From Bacteroidales bacterium (GTDB taxonomy: Bacteria; Bacteroidota; Bacteroidia; Bacteroidales; UBA12077), in NCBI GenBank assembly GCA_016342685.1, contig JAEINU010000001.1:1332933-1396932 (forward strand): 64,000 nt of DNA, written 5' to 3'. The number at the start of each line of letters is the position of its first letter. Position 1 is the stretch's first letter. The position numbers and the translations under genes are program-made. Below are positions 1-9,960 of the stretch, piece by piece. The notes under the pieces were generated by a model that searched no databases, was not told the DNA's origin, and saw nothing but the letters and a program-made list of their open reading frames with translations.

Positions 1-408
1 AGGAAAATTACCTGCTATTAATTTTAAACTAAACATTTTTGTAAAATCACTATCAACACATGAAATTCGACCAATATCAATACTTTCATCCTTAAGCTGT
101 AATTTACAATCTGGTACTGTTAATAAACGTGACGTATACTTAACATCAGGAAAGTTCTCTGCTAAGAAATCAGCCATTGGATAAGTTGTTGTGCTCATAT
201 CCCAATTATGAACACTATCTTTTAAAACCACCTTAAATAGTTCATCTCTATTTTTATTATAGTCGTTGTAACTTGTTTCAGCACTTACATAAATAAGAAT
301 AAAAAATGTAACTGCTAAACCTAAAGAAAGCCCTAAAATCTTAATAATAGATATTGATTTATTTCGATAAAAATTTCTAAAAGCTATTTTAATGTAATTC
401 GTGATCAT
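1..408 (-). CDS. FtsX/MacB-like ABC transporter permease, N-terminal part (gene continues beyond window start)
   Basis: Not in the ORF track because there is no stop in the window. Reverse complement from the ATG at 408 reads MITNYIKIAFRNFYRNKSISIIKILGLSLGLAVTFFILIYV...DFTKMFSLKLIAGNFP. This is colinear with the N-terminus of the 782-aa permease at 3303-5651 (MLKNYLKIAFRRFWRQK..., TM1 then extracytoplasmic domain). Confidence 0.8.
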   Translation of the reverse strand, partial: MITNYIKIAFRNFYRNKSISIIKILGLSLGLAVTFFILIYVSAETSYNDYNKNRDELFKVVLKDSVHNWDMSTTTYPMADFLAENFPDVKYTSRLLTVPDCKLQLKDESIDIGRISCVDSDFTKMFSLKLIAGNFP

Positions 409-423
409 GTAATTTATTTTTTA

Positions 424-454
424 GTTTGACTTACAATGCCAAACTGCATACCAA
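424..454 (-). promoter_or_regulatory. Conserved sigma-54-like promoter block upstream of the partial permease gene
   Basis: The minus strand reads TTGGTATGCAGTTTGGCATTGTAAGTCAAAC and ends 15 nt before the ATG. A near-identical block lies at the same distance from the second permease gene (5666-5697). It contains TGGTA and TGGCA elements resembling the -24 TGGCAC motif. Which pair acts as -24/-12 is ambiguous. Confidence 0.4.
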
Positions 455-587
455 ACATTCAAAATTTTGTAATTAAGATACTTACAAAGTACAATGTAAA
501 TTACTGTGTTGCTTTTTACGACACTCTTGTCGGATTTAACAACATTAAGTTTTACTTTTACTCTGAATCTTGATTTAAAACGTAAAG

Positions 588-1958
588 ATGTTAAAAAAAG
601 GAAAGATATTAATTATTGATGACAACGAAGAACTCTTAATTGCTTTTAGATTTTTTTTATCGAAACATTTTGATAAGATTGAAACTATAAAAAATCCAAA
701 CCTTATTCATGAATGCATCCGTAAAGAAACGTATGATATTGTTCTGCTAGACATGAATTTTTCGGCAGGCGTTAATACCGGAAACGAAGGGATTTATTGG
801 ATGAAACAAATCCTAGAGAAAGACTCAAATGCTTCGGTAATTTTAATTACTGCATACGGAGATGTCGAGTTAGCAGTTAATGCAATGAAAGAAGGTGCTG
901 CCGATTTTATTCAAAAATCATGGGACGAAAAGAAAATTTTATCGACTATATTATCTGCTTACAATCTTCGTTTATCTAAGCTAAAAATTAAAACTCTTGA
1001 GCAAAAACAGAAACATTTAAGCGATAAAATCGATAGTAAATTTGATCATATAATTGGGGAATCAGATTCGATGAAATCTGTTTTTAATATTATAAATAAG
1101 GTTTCTGAAACGGATGCTAACATTCTAATTTTAGGCGAAAACGGAACAGGTAAAGAAGTGATTGCGCGTGAGATACACCGAAAATCAAAACGCAACAGTG
1201 AAGTTTTTGTAAGTGTTGATATAGGATCGTTGCAAGAAAATTTATTCGAAAGTGAATTATTCGGGCACGTTAAAGGAGCTTATACAGATGCAAAAGAAGA
1301 TCGCGTGGGGCGTTTTGAAATTGCATCGGGAGGCACTCTTTTTTTAGACGAAATTGGAAACCTACCTATGTCTTTACAATCGAAACTTTTGTCTGCAATT
1401 CAGAATAAAGAAATTTTCCGTATTGGATCAAATATGCCAATACCTGTAGATATTCGATTAATATGTGCTACCAATAAAAATCTAAACGATATGATTATTG
1501 AAGGTAACTTTCGTGAAGATTTACTTTACAGGATTAATACGATAAAAATTAATCTACCTTCTTTAAACGAACGTAGTAGCGACATTAAGCTATTAGCTAC
1601 TTTCTTTCTGAATAAATATGCTAATAAATACAATAAATCAGAACTTAAATTTAATCAGAATACAATTAATAACTTGTTACAACACTCATGGCCCGGTAAC
1701 ATTAGAGAGTTGCAACACACTATCGAAAAAGCTGTAATTTTGTGCGATGGAAACATCATTCTTAGTTCGCATTGCTGGCCCGATGGAGAACAAATCACTA
1801 AACAACTTATTGCCAATACCTTAAATTTAGATCTGAACGAAAAACTAATCATAGAAAAGGCTCTTCAAAAATATAAAGGAAACATAAGCAACGCTGCCAA
1901 AGAACTAGGCATAAACAGATCCACTTTATACAAAAAAATGGTAAAATATGATATTTAA
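588..1958 (+). CDS. Sigma-54-dependent response regulator (NtrC/AtoC family: REC + AAA+ + Fis-type HTH)
   Basis: REC domain (ILIIDDN...VLLDMNF). AAA+ Walker A GENGTGKE. GAFTGA-like loop GHVKGAYTDA. Walker B LFLDEIG. C-terminal HTH AAKELGINRSTLYKKM. Confidence 0.9.
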   Translation: MLKKGKILIIDDNEELLIAFRFFLSKHFDKIETIKNPNLIHECIRKETYDIVLLDMNFSAGVNTGNEGIYWMKQILEKDSNASVILITAYGDVELAVNAMKEGAADFIQKSWDEKKILSTILSAYNLRLSKLKIKTLEQKQKHLSDKIDSKFDHIIGESDSMKSVFNIINKVSETDANILILGENGTGKEVIAREIHRKSKRNSEVFVSVDIGSLQENLFESELFGHVKGAYTDAKEDRVGRFEIASGGTLFLDEIGNLPMSLQSKLLSAIQNKEIFRIGSNMPIPVDIRLICATNKNLNDMIIEGNFREDLLYRINTIKINLPSLNERSSDIKLLATFFLNKYANKYNKSELKFNQNTINNLLQHSWPGNIRELQHTIEKAVILCDGNIILSSHCWPDGEQITKQLIANTLNLDLNEKLIIEKALQKYKGNISNAAKELGINRSTLYKKMVKYDI

Positions 1959-3300
1959 ACGATATAGATTTCTAATCATCTTTCAAATAGTTTTTATTGC
2001 AATTACTACAGCCATTTTTTTCTGGACTCTCAATCAGGAATATATGTTAATTACAAGTTCGTCGCTTGTAATTATCTGGATATTGCAAATAGTATATTTA
2101 ATATGGTATCTACAAAAAATAAATCGAGACCTACTCAAGTTCTTTACTGCAATTCGCTACAACGATGTTTCAATCAATTTTAAAAACAAACAAGATACTG
2201 ACCCTTACTTTAAGGAACTATATAAAGAATTAACTAACATAATAAACGAACTATCTACAATAAGATCTGAAAAAGAAAGCGAACATCAGTATTTTCAAAA
2301 TACTGTAAAACATATAAATACAGGTATAATTGCTTTTGATAAAAAGGGGAAAATAGAAATCTGTAATAATGCGGCCTTAGAGCTTTTGAATTTAAATTCG
2401 ATAAAAACGATTTACGAAACAGATTCCTGCGCAAACGGATTATCAAAAACATTAATTGAGTTAAAACCAGGAAATCCAAAACTTCAAAAAATAAATCGTA
2501 AAGATGATATCTTACATTTATCGATAAAAGCTGCTAGCTTTAAAATTAATGAAAGAAGTATAAAACTAATTTCTTTGCAAAATATAAAACAAGAGATTGA
2601 TCGCAGTGAAGTAGATGCTTGGCAGAAACTCATTCGGGTTTTAACACATGAAATAATGAATTCGGTTAGTCCTATTAAACTATTGTCGGGCTCATTAATT
2701 GAACTATTCGAAGAAAATAATGTGATTAAGACAAGTGATGAAATTGATAATAAAACAATCGAAAATTCAGTTTTAGGCTTAAAAACAATACGCAAGCGTA
2801 GCGATGGATTGTCTACATTTGTTGATACGTATAAAAGCTTGACTCAAATTCCAAAAGTAAAATTTTCTGAGTTCAAGATAAAACAACTTTTCGATCATTT
2901 AGAAACCTTGTTAAACGATGAATTATTTTCTAAAAAAATCAATTTTACATGTATTTGTACACCTGTTGATCTTGTGTTAAATGCCGATGAAAAACTTATT
3001 GAACAAGTTTTAATTAACCTAATTAAAAATGCTTCAGAAGCTCTTGCTAAAATACAAAATCCAACCATAAAACTTGAGGCTAGTGTTATAAAAGATTTCA
3101 CATATATTTCGATTAGTGATAATGGAACAGGAGTCTCGTCGGAAATTCTTGAAAATATATTTATTCCTTTCTTTACAACAAAAGAAAAAGGCTCAGGTAT
3201 TGGTTTGAGCCTTTCTCGACAGATTATGCATTTACATAATGGAAGTATTTCAGTAAAATCTAATTCAGATATTGGAACGATCTTTACACTGCAATTTTAG
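1948..3300 (+). CDS. Sensor histidine kinase (NtrB-like partner of the sigma-54 regulator)
   Basis: Overlaps the upstream RR gene by 11 nt. Two N-terminal hydrophobic segments. H-box LTHEIMNSVSPI. HATPase boxes LINLIKNASEA, SDNGTGV, GSGIGLSLSRQIM. Confidence 0.9.
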   Translation: MIFKRYRFLIIFQIVFIAITTAIFFWTLNQEYMLITSSSLVIIWILQIVYLIWYLQKINRDLLKFFTAIRYNDVSINFKNKQDTDPYFKELYKELTNIINELSTIRSEKESEHQYFQNTVKHINTGIIAFDKKGKIEICNNAALELLNLNSIKTIYETDSCANGLSKTLIELKPGNPKLQKINRKDDILHLSIKAASFKINERSIKLISLQNIKQEIDRSEVDAWQKLIRVLTHEIMNSVSPIKLLSGSLIELFEENNVIKTSDEIDNKTIENSVLGLKTIRKRSDGLSTFVDTYKSLTQIPKVKFSEFKIKQLFDHLETLLNDELFSKKINFTCICTPVDLVLNADEKLIEQVLINLIKNASEALAKIQNPTIKLEASVIKDFTYISISDNGTGVSSEILENIFIPFFTTKEKGSGIGLSLSRQIMHLHNGSISVKSNSDIGTIFTLQF

Positions 3301-3302
3301 TT

Positions 3303-5651
3303 TTATTCGTAACGTAAAGAACGAGATGGATTTGCTCTTGCGGCCTTAATTGTTACAGCGTATATAATTACAAATGCAAGTAAGAATATAAATAGAAACA
3401 CAAAAATATATACAAAGCTATCTCCACTTGTTTTTACCGTAAAGAAATTTCCAGAATAGCTATGAATCAGGATGCTTATTGGTAATGCAATTAAATTAGC
3501 GATTAATATTAACTTAAAAAATTGCTTCGTAATTATCGATATAATTTTGTGAACACTTGCTCCCATAGCTTTTCTAATACCTATTTCTTTTGTTTTTTGC
3601 TCAACCATAAATGCTGATAAGCCTAACAAACCTAATACGGCAATAAATATCCCAAACATTGTAAAAAATGTTAGCTGCTTATTTAGGTTTTCGATTCCTT
3701 CTTCAACAGGCGACAGGAAATCGGAATAAAACGTGTACTCATATGGATATCTTGTATTGTATTTTTCAAATGTTTCTTTAATAAAATCTGCCACAAATGG
3801 ATAATTCCCTTTTTTATATCTTATGTATACATTACCAGCTGATGGTGGTTCCAATTTGATAATTAAAGATTTTCCGCCTAATTCTATTGGGAAAAAGTTG
3901 AAATATTCAATTACTCCAATTATGGTATATGCACTACCGTATAAATAAAACTGAGTACCTATTGGATCTTCTAAATTTAATTTTTTAACGATTTCTTCAT
4001 TTACAATTATTCCATTTTCAATATCATTAGGATAATCTTCTGAAAAGAATCTACCTTCGGTGATTTGAATATTAAAAACATCAACAAAATCATAATTAAC
4101 TCTTAATAAACGAGAAAGTTCTTCGTTCTTATCAGGAGTCAACCCCCACTCGAATTCCCCCAGTGTAACCCATGTTGGCTCCTGATTTGAAGTCGTTACA
4201 TAAGATATATTTGGATTTTTAATAAGCTCATTTCTAATAATCTCATAATTTTCGGCTATATCACCCGCTATTTGAATCGACAGCACCTGTTCCATATCAA
4301 TACCAATTTTTTTATTTTGTACGGTCTGACTTAACCTGTATGAAGATATTGTTAACGTTAAAAACATTATTGAAAGAACAAACTGAAAAACAACTAAAAC
4401 TTTCCTCAATTTTCCTGCTCCTTTATGAGACGATCGAAACGACAAAGCTTTTATTGGCTTAAATGCCGACAAAAATATAGCGGGATAACTACCTGCAAGA
4501 AGTCCTGTAAATAAAGCCAATCCTATTAACTGTCCCCATAAAGTAATATCCGTTAAGTTAAAAGGTATATCAACACCTAATGACTTATTCAAATATTCGA
4601 ACATGATTTCGGCTAAAACAATAGCAACATTCAAAGAAATAAAAGACAGTAATATCGATTCAATTAATAATTGCTTAATAAGTTGATTTCTATGCGCTCC
4701 AACAATTTTCCGGATTGCAATTTCTTTTGATCTACGTATGGAAGTTGCAGTAGACAAATTCATGAAATTAATACAAGCCATTATTAAAATAAAAAGAGCA
4801 ATTGCCACAAATATTGTAAGAAAAATAATATTTAAGCCTTCTCCTTGCATAAGCATATCCTCAACCAATAATATGTATGGCTCGTAATCGACGTCTCTAT
4901 CAAATCTCGAATAAAGAAAATCTTTTAATGTGGCACTAATATTATCGGGTGTTGCACCTTTTTCTAAAAGGATATATGTTTGAAAAGAGTTACCGATTGT
5001 ACCATTAACATCTATACCAAACTCCTTAAAGAATGATACCGGAAAATAGTAATCAAATCCCAATTGAGTATTGCTCGGCGGATCAGATAATATTCCTGTA
5101 ACTTTAAAGTTATACTTACCATTAATTTCTAAAGTCTCTCCGAGTGGATTTTCTTTACCAAAATACTTTTTCGCAAATTTTTCTGAAAGAACAATTGAGT
5201 ATGGCTCTCTTAAAACTTCCTCTGCTTTACCTTGTATTAAAGGGAACGAAAACATCTGGAAGAATGTAGAATCGACTCCTACACCATTATCTTCTACGTA
5301 CTTTTTTTCAACTTCTCCATTCTCGTTATACAGATTAACTAATAATTCTCCCGAATTTAATAATCGGGTTTTCATTTTAACTTCGGGATAGTTGTTTTTT
5401 ATTTCTTCGGCCCAAATTCCTTTACAAGTTAGCGATGGTACCTTTCCATCTTTTAATAAAAAATCTAAGCCAACCCGATAGATTTCTTTACCATTTTCGT
5501 GAAAACCGTCAAAGCCAAGTTGATATTTTACAGCGACTAACATCACTAAGGAAATAGCTAATCCAGTTGAAAGCCCAAGTACATTAATTATGGTAAAAGC
5601 TTTTTGTCGCCAGAATCTGCGAAAAGCTATCTTTAAATAATTTTTAAGCAT
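3303..5651 (-). CDS. FtsX/MacB-like ABC transporter permease (782 aa, duplicated FtsX architecture)
   Basis: N-terminus MLKNYLKIAFRRFWRQKAFTIINVLGLSTGLA. Two membrane bundles (around aa 270-400 and 650-782) are separated by large soluble domains. The C-terminus ends in the typical ...ANPSRSLRYE. No ATPase gene is adjacent. Confidence 0.85.
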   Translation of the reverse strand: MLKNYLKIAFRRFWRQKAFTIINVLGLSTGLAISLVMLVAVKYQLGFDGFHENGKEIYRVGLDFLLKDGKVPSLTCKGIWAEEIKNNYPEVKMKTRLLNSGELLVNLYNENGEVEKKYVEDNGVGVDSTFFQMFSFPLIQGKAEEVLREPYSIVLSEKFAKKYFGKENPLGETLEINGKYNFKVTGILSDPPSNTQLGFDYYFPVSFFKEFGIDVNGTIGNSFQTYILLEKGATPDNISATLKDFLYSRFDRDVDYEPYILLVEDMLMQGEGLNIIFLTIFVAIALFILIMACINFMNLSTATSIRRSKEIAIRKIVGAHRNQLIKQLLIESILLSFISLNVAIVLAEIMFEYLNKSLGVDIPFNLTDITLWGQLIGLALFTGLLAGSYPAIFLSAFKPIKALSFRSSHKGAGKLRKVLVVFQFVLSIMFLTLTISSYRLSQTVQNKKIGIDMEQVLSIQIAGDIAENYEIIRNELIKNPNISYVTTSNQEPTWVTLGEFEWGLTPDKNEELSRLLRVNYDFVDVFNIQITEGRFFSEDYPNDIENGIIVNEEIVKKLNLEDPIGTQFYLYGSAYTIIGVIEYFNFFPIELGGKSLIIKLEPPSAGNVYIRYKKGNYPFVADFIKETFEKYNTRYPYEYTFYSDFLSPVEEGIENLNKQLTFFTMFGIFIAVLGLLGLSAFMVEQKTKEIGIRKAMGASVHKIISIITKQFFKLILIANLIALPISILIHSYSGNFFTVKTSGDSFVYIFVFLFIFLLAFVIIYAVTIKAARANPSRSLRYE

Positions 5652-5665
5652 AATTTTATGTTTTT

Positions 5666-5697
5666 GTTTGCTTTCTTAATGCCACAATTCGTACCAA
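5666..5697 (-). promoter_or_regulatory. Conserved sigma-54-like promoter block upstream of permease 3303-5651
   Basis: The minus strand reads TTGGTACGAATTGTGGCATTAAGAAAGCAAAC and ends 14 nt before the ATG. TGGCAT-N8-GCA gives GG-N10-GC spacing here. It is the paralogous copy of the block at 424-454. Confidence 0.45.
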
Positions 5698-5844
5698 AAT
5701 ATTATTCTTCTATAAATCTGATAGTTACAACACCACTATAAATTAAACAATTCAAAATCGTCAAATAATTGGACAGTTAGCGCCAAATATGTTTACATTT
5801 TTATAACTTGGCTTGTCTATTATTTCCGAAAAACGAATAAAGAT

Positions 5845-7224
5845 ATGAAAAAAATGAAAGGCACTTTGTTAATCGTAGACGATAACCAAGATGTATTAGA
5901 TGCTTTAAGTTTATTTATTGAAAATGATATTGAAAAAGTATTGTACTTAAATAATCCTAATTTAATTCCTGAATCATTACGGAAAAATAGTATTGATGTG
6001 GTTCTTTTAGACATGAACTTTTCAGCAGGAATAAATAGTGGAAATGAAGGCATTTTCTGGATGAAAGAAATTCTAAAGAATGATTCCAACATTTCGGTTA
6101 TTCCTATTACGGCTTATGGAGAAGTTCAACTTGCTGTAAATGCACTTAAAGAAGGGGCTTTTGATTTTGTTTTAAAACCTTGGGATAACGATAAATTACT
6201 ATCAACAATTAAAGCTGCCTTTAAGCTCCGACAATCGAAACAAAAAGTATCCGAACTTAAATTAAAAAATGAAACCCTAATTGAGGATACCAATAAAATA
6301 TATCCAGATATCAAAGGAACGTCCACTGCAATAAAAGAGATTCATCAATTAATAGATAAAGTAGCAAAAACAAATGCAAACATTCTGATATTAGGCGAAA
6401 ACGGCACTGGAAAAGAACTATTAGCACGTGAAATATATAAAAAGTCGGATAGAAAGAATGATATATTTACAAGTGTTGATTTAGGTTCGTTAAGCGAATC
6501 TTTGTTCGAAAGTGAATTGTTTGGTCATGAAAAAGGGGCTTTTACCGATGCTAAGAATCAAAAAATTGGACGTTTCGAAGCTGCGCACAGAGGAACCATT
6601 TTTTTAGATGAGATTGGCAATATTCCTTTATCACTGCAATCAAAATTATTATCGGCTATTCAAAATAAGGAAATCTTTAGAGTTGGTGCCTCTACCCCTG
6701 TTTCTATAGATATTAGATTGATTTGCGCAACAAATCAGAACTTAGAATCTATGGTAAATGAAGGCTTATTTAGAGAGGATTTATTTTATAGAATAAATAC
6801 CATACAAATTGATCTTCCGCCTTTAAGAAAACGAGAAAATGATGTTTGTCTACTTTCTGAGTTTTTTGTACAAAAATATACTTCGACATATAATAAACCG
6901 GAGCTAAAAATAACTCAAAATGCCCTCGATAAACTAAAATCACATTCTTGGCCGGGCAATATCAGAGAGCTGGAACACACCATTGAAAAAGCTGTAATTT
7001 TATCGGAAAATAAGGTCTTATCCGAAGATGATTTTCATTTCAGAAAATCTGAAAATACGAATCTAAATACATCGAAATCTGAAACTTTGGAAGAAATCGA
7101 GAAAAATGCGATCATAAAAGCAATTCAATTGTACAAAGGGAATCTTACCGAAGCAGCCAAAAAACTCGCTATTAGCCGACAAACAATGTATAATAAGATC
7201 AGCAAATACAACATTTCAATATAA
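5845..7224 (+). CDS. Sigma-54-dependent response regulator (paralog of 588-1958)
   Basis: Same domain order and motifs as 588-1958 (LLIVDDN, GENGTGKE, GHEKGAFTDA, IFLDEIG, AAKKLAISRQTMYNKI). By eye more than half of the residues are identical to the first copy. Confidence 0.9.
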   Translation: MKKMKGTLLIVDDNQDVLDALSLFIENDIEKVLYLNNPNLIPESLRKNSIDVVLLDMNFSAGINSGNEGIFWMKEILKNDSNISVIPITAYGEVQLAVNALKEGAFDFVLKPWDNDKLLSTIKAAFKLRQSKQKVSELKLKNETLIEDTNKIYPDIKGTSTAIKEIHQLIDKVAKTNANILILGENGTGKELLAREIYKKSDRKNDIFTSVDLGSLSESLFESELFGHEKGAFTDAKNQKIGRFEAAHRGTIFLDEIGNIPLSLQSKLLSAIQNKEIFRVGASTPVSIDIRLICATNQNLESMVNEGLFREDLFYRINTIQIDLPPLRKRENDVCLLSEFFVQKYTSTYNKPELKITQNALDKLKSHSWPGNIRELEHTIEKAVILSENKVLSEDDFHFRKSENTNLNTSKSETLEEIEKNAIIKAIQLYKGNLTEAAKKLAISRQTMYNKISKYNISI

Positions 7225-7234
7225 AAATTCTCGT

Positions 7235-8587
7235 ATGATTTATAAGAAATTATTCTTTCAGGTTGTGATTCGAGTTCTATTGTTATTAGGAAACTCTTTC
7301 TTGTTAATGTATTTGCATTTTCTGAACAAATACCCTGCCGGACAATTTAATTTGGTTTTGCTTTTGATTGCACAAACAGCTCTTTTGATTTATTATTTAA
7401 ATAGAACAAACAGAGATTTAGGGCACTTTTTTTCTTCTGTAACTAATAACGATTCAAGCATTGTTTTTGATTATGATAATAGAAATAAATCATTCTCGAA
7501 CTTATACAAGAATCTTAATAATGTAAATAAAGTTATTGAGCAGGCTCGATTAGAAAAAATTGGACAATTTGAATATTTAAAACAAGTTGTGGAAAACATT
7601 GGTGTTGGCATTTTATCCTTTAACACTGATTATAATGTTCAGTTTTTTAATCCTGCAGGTAAAGATATTTTAAAAATTAGAACGCTTAAATCAATTAACG
7701 AACTCGAAAGTATTTATCCGGGACTCGCACAAAAATTAAAGAAAATAAAAGCAAATCAACAACAGTTATTAACTATTAAAAGCAAGCAATACGAACTTAA
7801 CTTATCTGTAAAACTTGTTGAATTTGTAATTCAAAAAGCAACAATAAAGTTGTTTGCTTTTCAGAATATTCAAACTGAGCTTGAAACAAAAGAAGTTGAA
7901 TCGTGGCAAAAAATTATTCGTGTATTAACTCACGAAATAATGAATTCCGTTTCGCCAATTAACTCTGCAACAACATCGATAAGTCGATTATTCCTAGACG
8001 ATAACAAGCCAATTAATCCGAGTAATATTGATGAAGATGCAATAAATAAAACGCTAAAAGGAATGACAATAATTGAACAGCGTAGTTCCGGAATGCTTAA
8101 GTTCGTTCAGAAATTCAGGGATTTAACTTTACTTCCAGAACCTCAAAAAGAAATTGTACTAATTAAAGATCTTTATCAAACGCTGGAAACCTTATTTAAA
8201 ACGGATTCTGAGAATAAAAATATTGATATTATTTTCAATTCTACTCATTCTGCTTTAAGCATTAACGCTGATAAAACACAAATAGAACAGGTCCTTATTA
8301 ATTTATTAAAAAATTCGATTGAAAGTTTATCCCAGACTCCAAAACCCATGATAGTAATTTCATCATTTAAGAACAATCGAAACAATACGGTTATAGCCAT
8401 AAAAGATAATGGAGAAGGAATAAGTTCTGAAGTTTTCGATAATATTTTTACGCCATTCTTTACAACAAAGGTAAAAGGCTCAGGTATAGGTTTGAGTCTT
8501 TCTCGACAGATTATGCATTTACACAATGGTAATATTTCGGTAAAATCTGAACCAAATATTGAAACTGTTTTTACACTAACTTTTTAG
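7235..8587 (+). CDS. Sensor histidine kinase (paralog of 1948-3300)
   Basis: 450 aa, the same length as the first HK. Identical H-box LTHEIMNSVSPI and an identical C-terminal block GSGIGLSLSRQIMHLHNG.ISVKS. Confidence 0.9.
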   Translation: MIYKKLFFQVVIRVLLLLGNSFLLMYLHFLNKYPAGQFNLVLLLIAQTALLIYYLNRTNRDLGHFFSSVTNNDSSIVFDYDNRNKSFSNLYKNLNNVNKVIEQARLEKIGQFEYLKQVVENIGVGILSFNTDYNVQFFNPAGKDILKIRTLKSINELESIYPGLAQKLKKIKANQQQLLTIKSKQYELNLSVKLVEFVIQKATIKLFAFQNIQTELETKEVESWQKIIRVLTHEIMNSVSPINSATTSISRLFLDDNKPINPSNIDEDAINKTLKGMTIIEQRSSGMLKFVQKFRDLTLLPEPQKEIVLIKDLYQTLETLFKTDSENKNIDIIFNSTHSALSINADKTQIEQVLINLLKNSIESLSQTPKPMIVISSFKNNRNNTVIAIKDNGEGISSEVFDNIFTPFFTTKVKGSGIGLSLSRQIMHLHNGNISVKSEPNIETVFTLTF

Positions 8588-8875
8588 AAATAATCTCGAA
8601 AAACCTGTATAAGCAACCAATGTGGTTAGTTCAAATTCAATAAGTTTATTCTTAACTAAAGGTAGATCTGCCAAAATATTTTGGGAAACTTCTTTATTTT
8701 CGCACTCCATAATAATATGCGCATTGTGCTCTTCTTGTCCAAAAAAAATCTCACGAATGATTCCTTTTTCGTATAAATCCCAAACCATTTTTGCTTCATT
8801 TGACGAATGTGGTTTAAAATCTTCATTTGTTAATCCTGGATTTTCATTTTCATAAAAAGAAAAAATCCCTAACAA
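8576..8875 (-). CDS. Small dimeric alpha/beta-barrel protein, muconolactone-isomerase-like
   Basis: 99 aa. The pattern EAKMVWDLYEKGIIREIFF...HIIMECENKEVSQNILADLPLVKNKLIEFELTTL resembles the MIase family layout (helix, GK..R, IFDV-type strand, LPL loop, final strand). Assignment is by eye only. The 3' end overlaps the convergent HK gene by 12 nt. Confidence 0.4.
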   Translation of the reverse strand: MLGIFSFYENENPGLTNEDFKPHSSNEAKMVWDLYEKGIIREIFFGQEEHNAHIIMECENKEVSQNILADLPLVKNKLIEFELTTLVAYTGFSRLFLKS

Positions 8876-8913
8876 ATAATCTGAAAGGGATAGTAAAATA
8901 TATTAGATAAATA

Positions 8914-9378
8914 TTAATCTGCCAAACTCATAAACTTTGCAAAATCGGGTTCACCATGGAAATCAAAAAGAAGTAAAACATTCTCACTTCCATCTTCAAC
9001 TAACATCAACATTTCCGATTTCCTTTTCGATTTCTGATTTATGATCATTCGAACTTTATCGCCACCATCGTTAACTGTCATTAGTTCTTCGAAATTTCCA
9101 TTTTTAATTCCATTTTCGAGCATTGTAAAATCGCTTTTATTAAACCCCTTTTCACAAATAACAATTTTCATGTCATCGATATGCTCTAAAACTTCACGTT
9201 CATCAGCATCTACATCGCCAAATGCTAGTCCCATTTTCAATAAGAAACTTGGTATTACTAACGTAAATTCACTATTTCGGTTCTGATAATCTTTAACAAC
9301 ATCACGAAGAGTTTCTTGTGCAAGAATTGTTGATGTTGATATGGCAATAACTATTATAACTGCAAGTATTCTTTTCAT
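8914..9378 (-). CDS. Secreted DUF4252-like protein
   Basis: Signal peptide MKRILAVIIVIAISTSTILAQ. The C-terminal pattern FEELMTVNDGGDKVRMII....EMLMLVEDGSENVLLLFDFHGEPD is typical of DUF4252 proteins of Bacteroidota. Confidence 0.5.
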   Translation of the reverse strand: MKRILAVIIVIAISTSTILAQETLRDVVKDYQNRNSEFTLVIPSFLLKMGLAFGDVDADEREVLEHIDDMKIVICEKGFNKSDFTMLENGIKNGNFEELMTVNDGGDKVRMIINQKSKRKSEMLMLVEDGSENVLLLFDFHGEPDFAKFMSLAD

Positions 9379-9741
9379 AATTTTAGTCTTTAAGTATTAA
9401 TCTTTTAACAAAGACGAATGAAAACTTGAGTTGTTACAAATTTATGATTTTAATCTTAAATTATGGTTTTAAAAATTAGAAACTTTTACATACTCAGATA
9501 AACTCGGTATAACAAGTCTCTTCAATTTTAGATGTAACAATGGCTCTATAAAATCAGGATTATCAACATGCCAAAGCCTTTGATATTACTGGTAATATTT
9601 TGTTAGGTTTTCGTGCTTTCCTTTTCGAATTATTAATCTATATACCATTAAATGAAAGTTTTATATTATATGTTTATACTATTCGTTAAGTCACACAAAA
9701 TAAGAATAATAGCAAATATTAGTAATTACCAATATTTAGAG

Positions 9742-9749
9742 TAACTTTG
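9742..9749 (+). promoter_or_regulatory. Candidate Bacteroidota -7 promoter box (TAACTTTG) for the lipid-headgroup operon
   Basis: TAACTTTG matches the TAnnTTTG consensus. It lies ~210 nt upstream of the ATG at 9961, which implies a long leader. Confidence 0.3.
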
Positions 9750-9960
9750 CAAATGGATTACATATCTTTTGAAATCAATCATTCACTATCAATTTTGTTG
9801 ATGAGCTTTTAAAGCACACTATCATCACATTAGCAGACTTCATATTTGTAGTTGAATAATTAGTAACCAGTCCGACCATCAGAGTGCTAAAAATTAGTAC
9901 ACCTAAGTGCTTTTAGTCGAGCGTTTAAGTTTTTTTTTGATGACACCAATTGAATAAAGT

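Noticed and set aside
424-454. Assigning exact -24/-12 elements of a sigma-54 promoter in the conserved permease-upstream blocks.
   Set aside because: The two copies cannot both satisfy GG-N10-GC with the same pair of elements (copy 2 fits TGGCAT-N8-GC; the TGGTA/TGGCA pair gives N11 in both). I report only the conserved block and leave the register open.
1655-1852. Short antisense or out-of-frame ORFs listed in the track (for example 1655-1852, 2255-2479, 2484-2795, 5071-5391, 8245-8526, 11123-11329, 16624-16949, 20253-20844, 24431-24775, 26631-26939, 45861-46199, 56481-56813).
   Set aside because: All lie entirely inside longer ORFs that carry clear family motifs on the other strand or frame. 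Their sequences are low-complexity and motif-free. They are treated as shadow ORFs.
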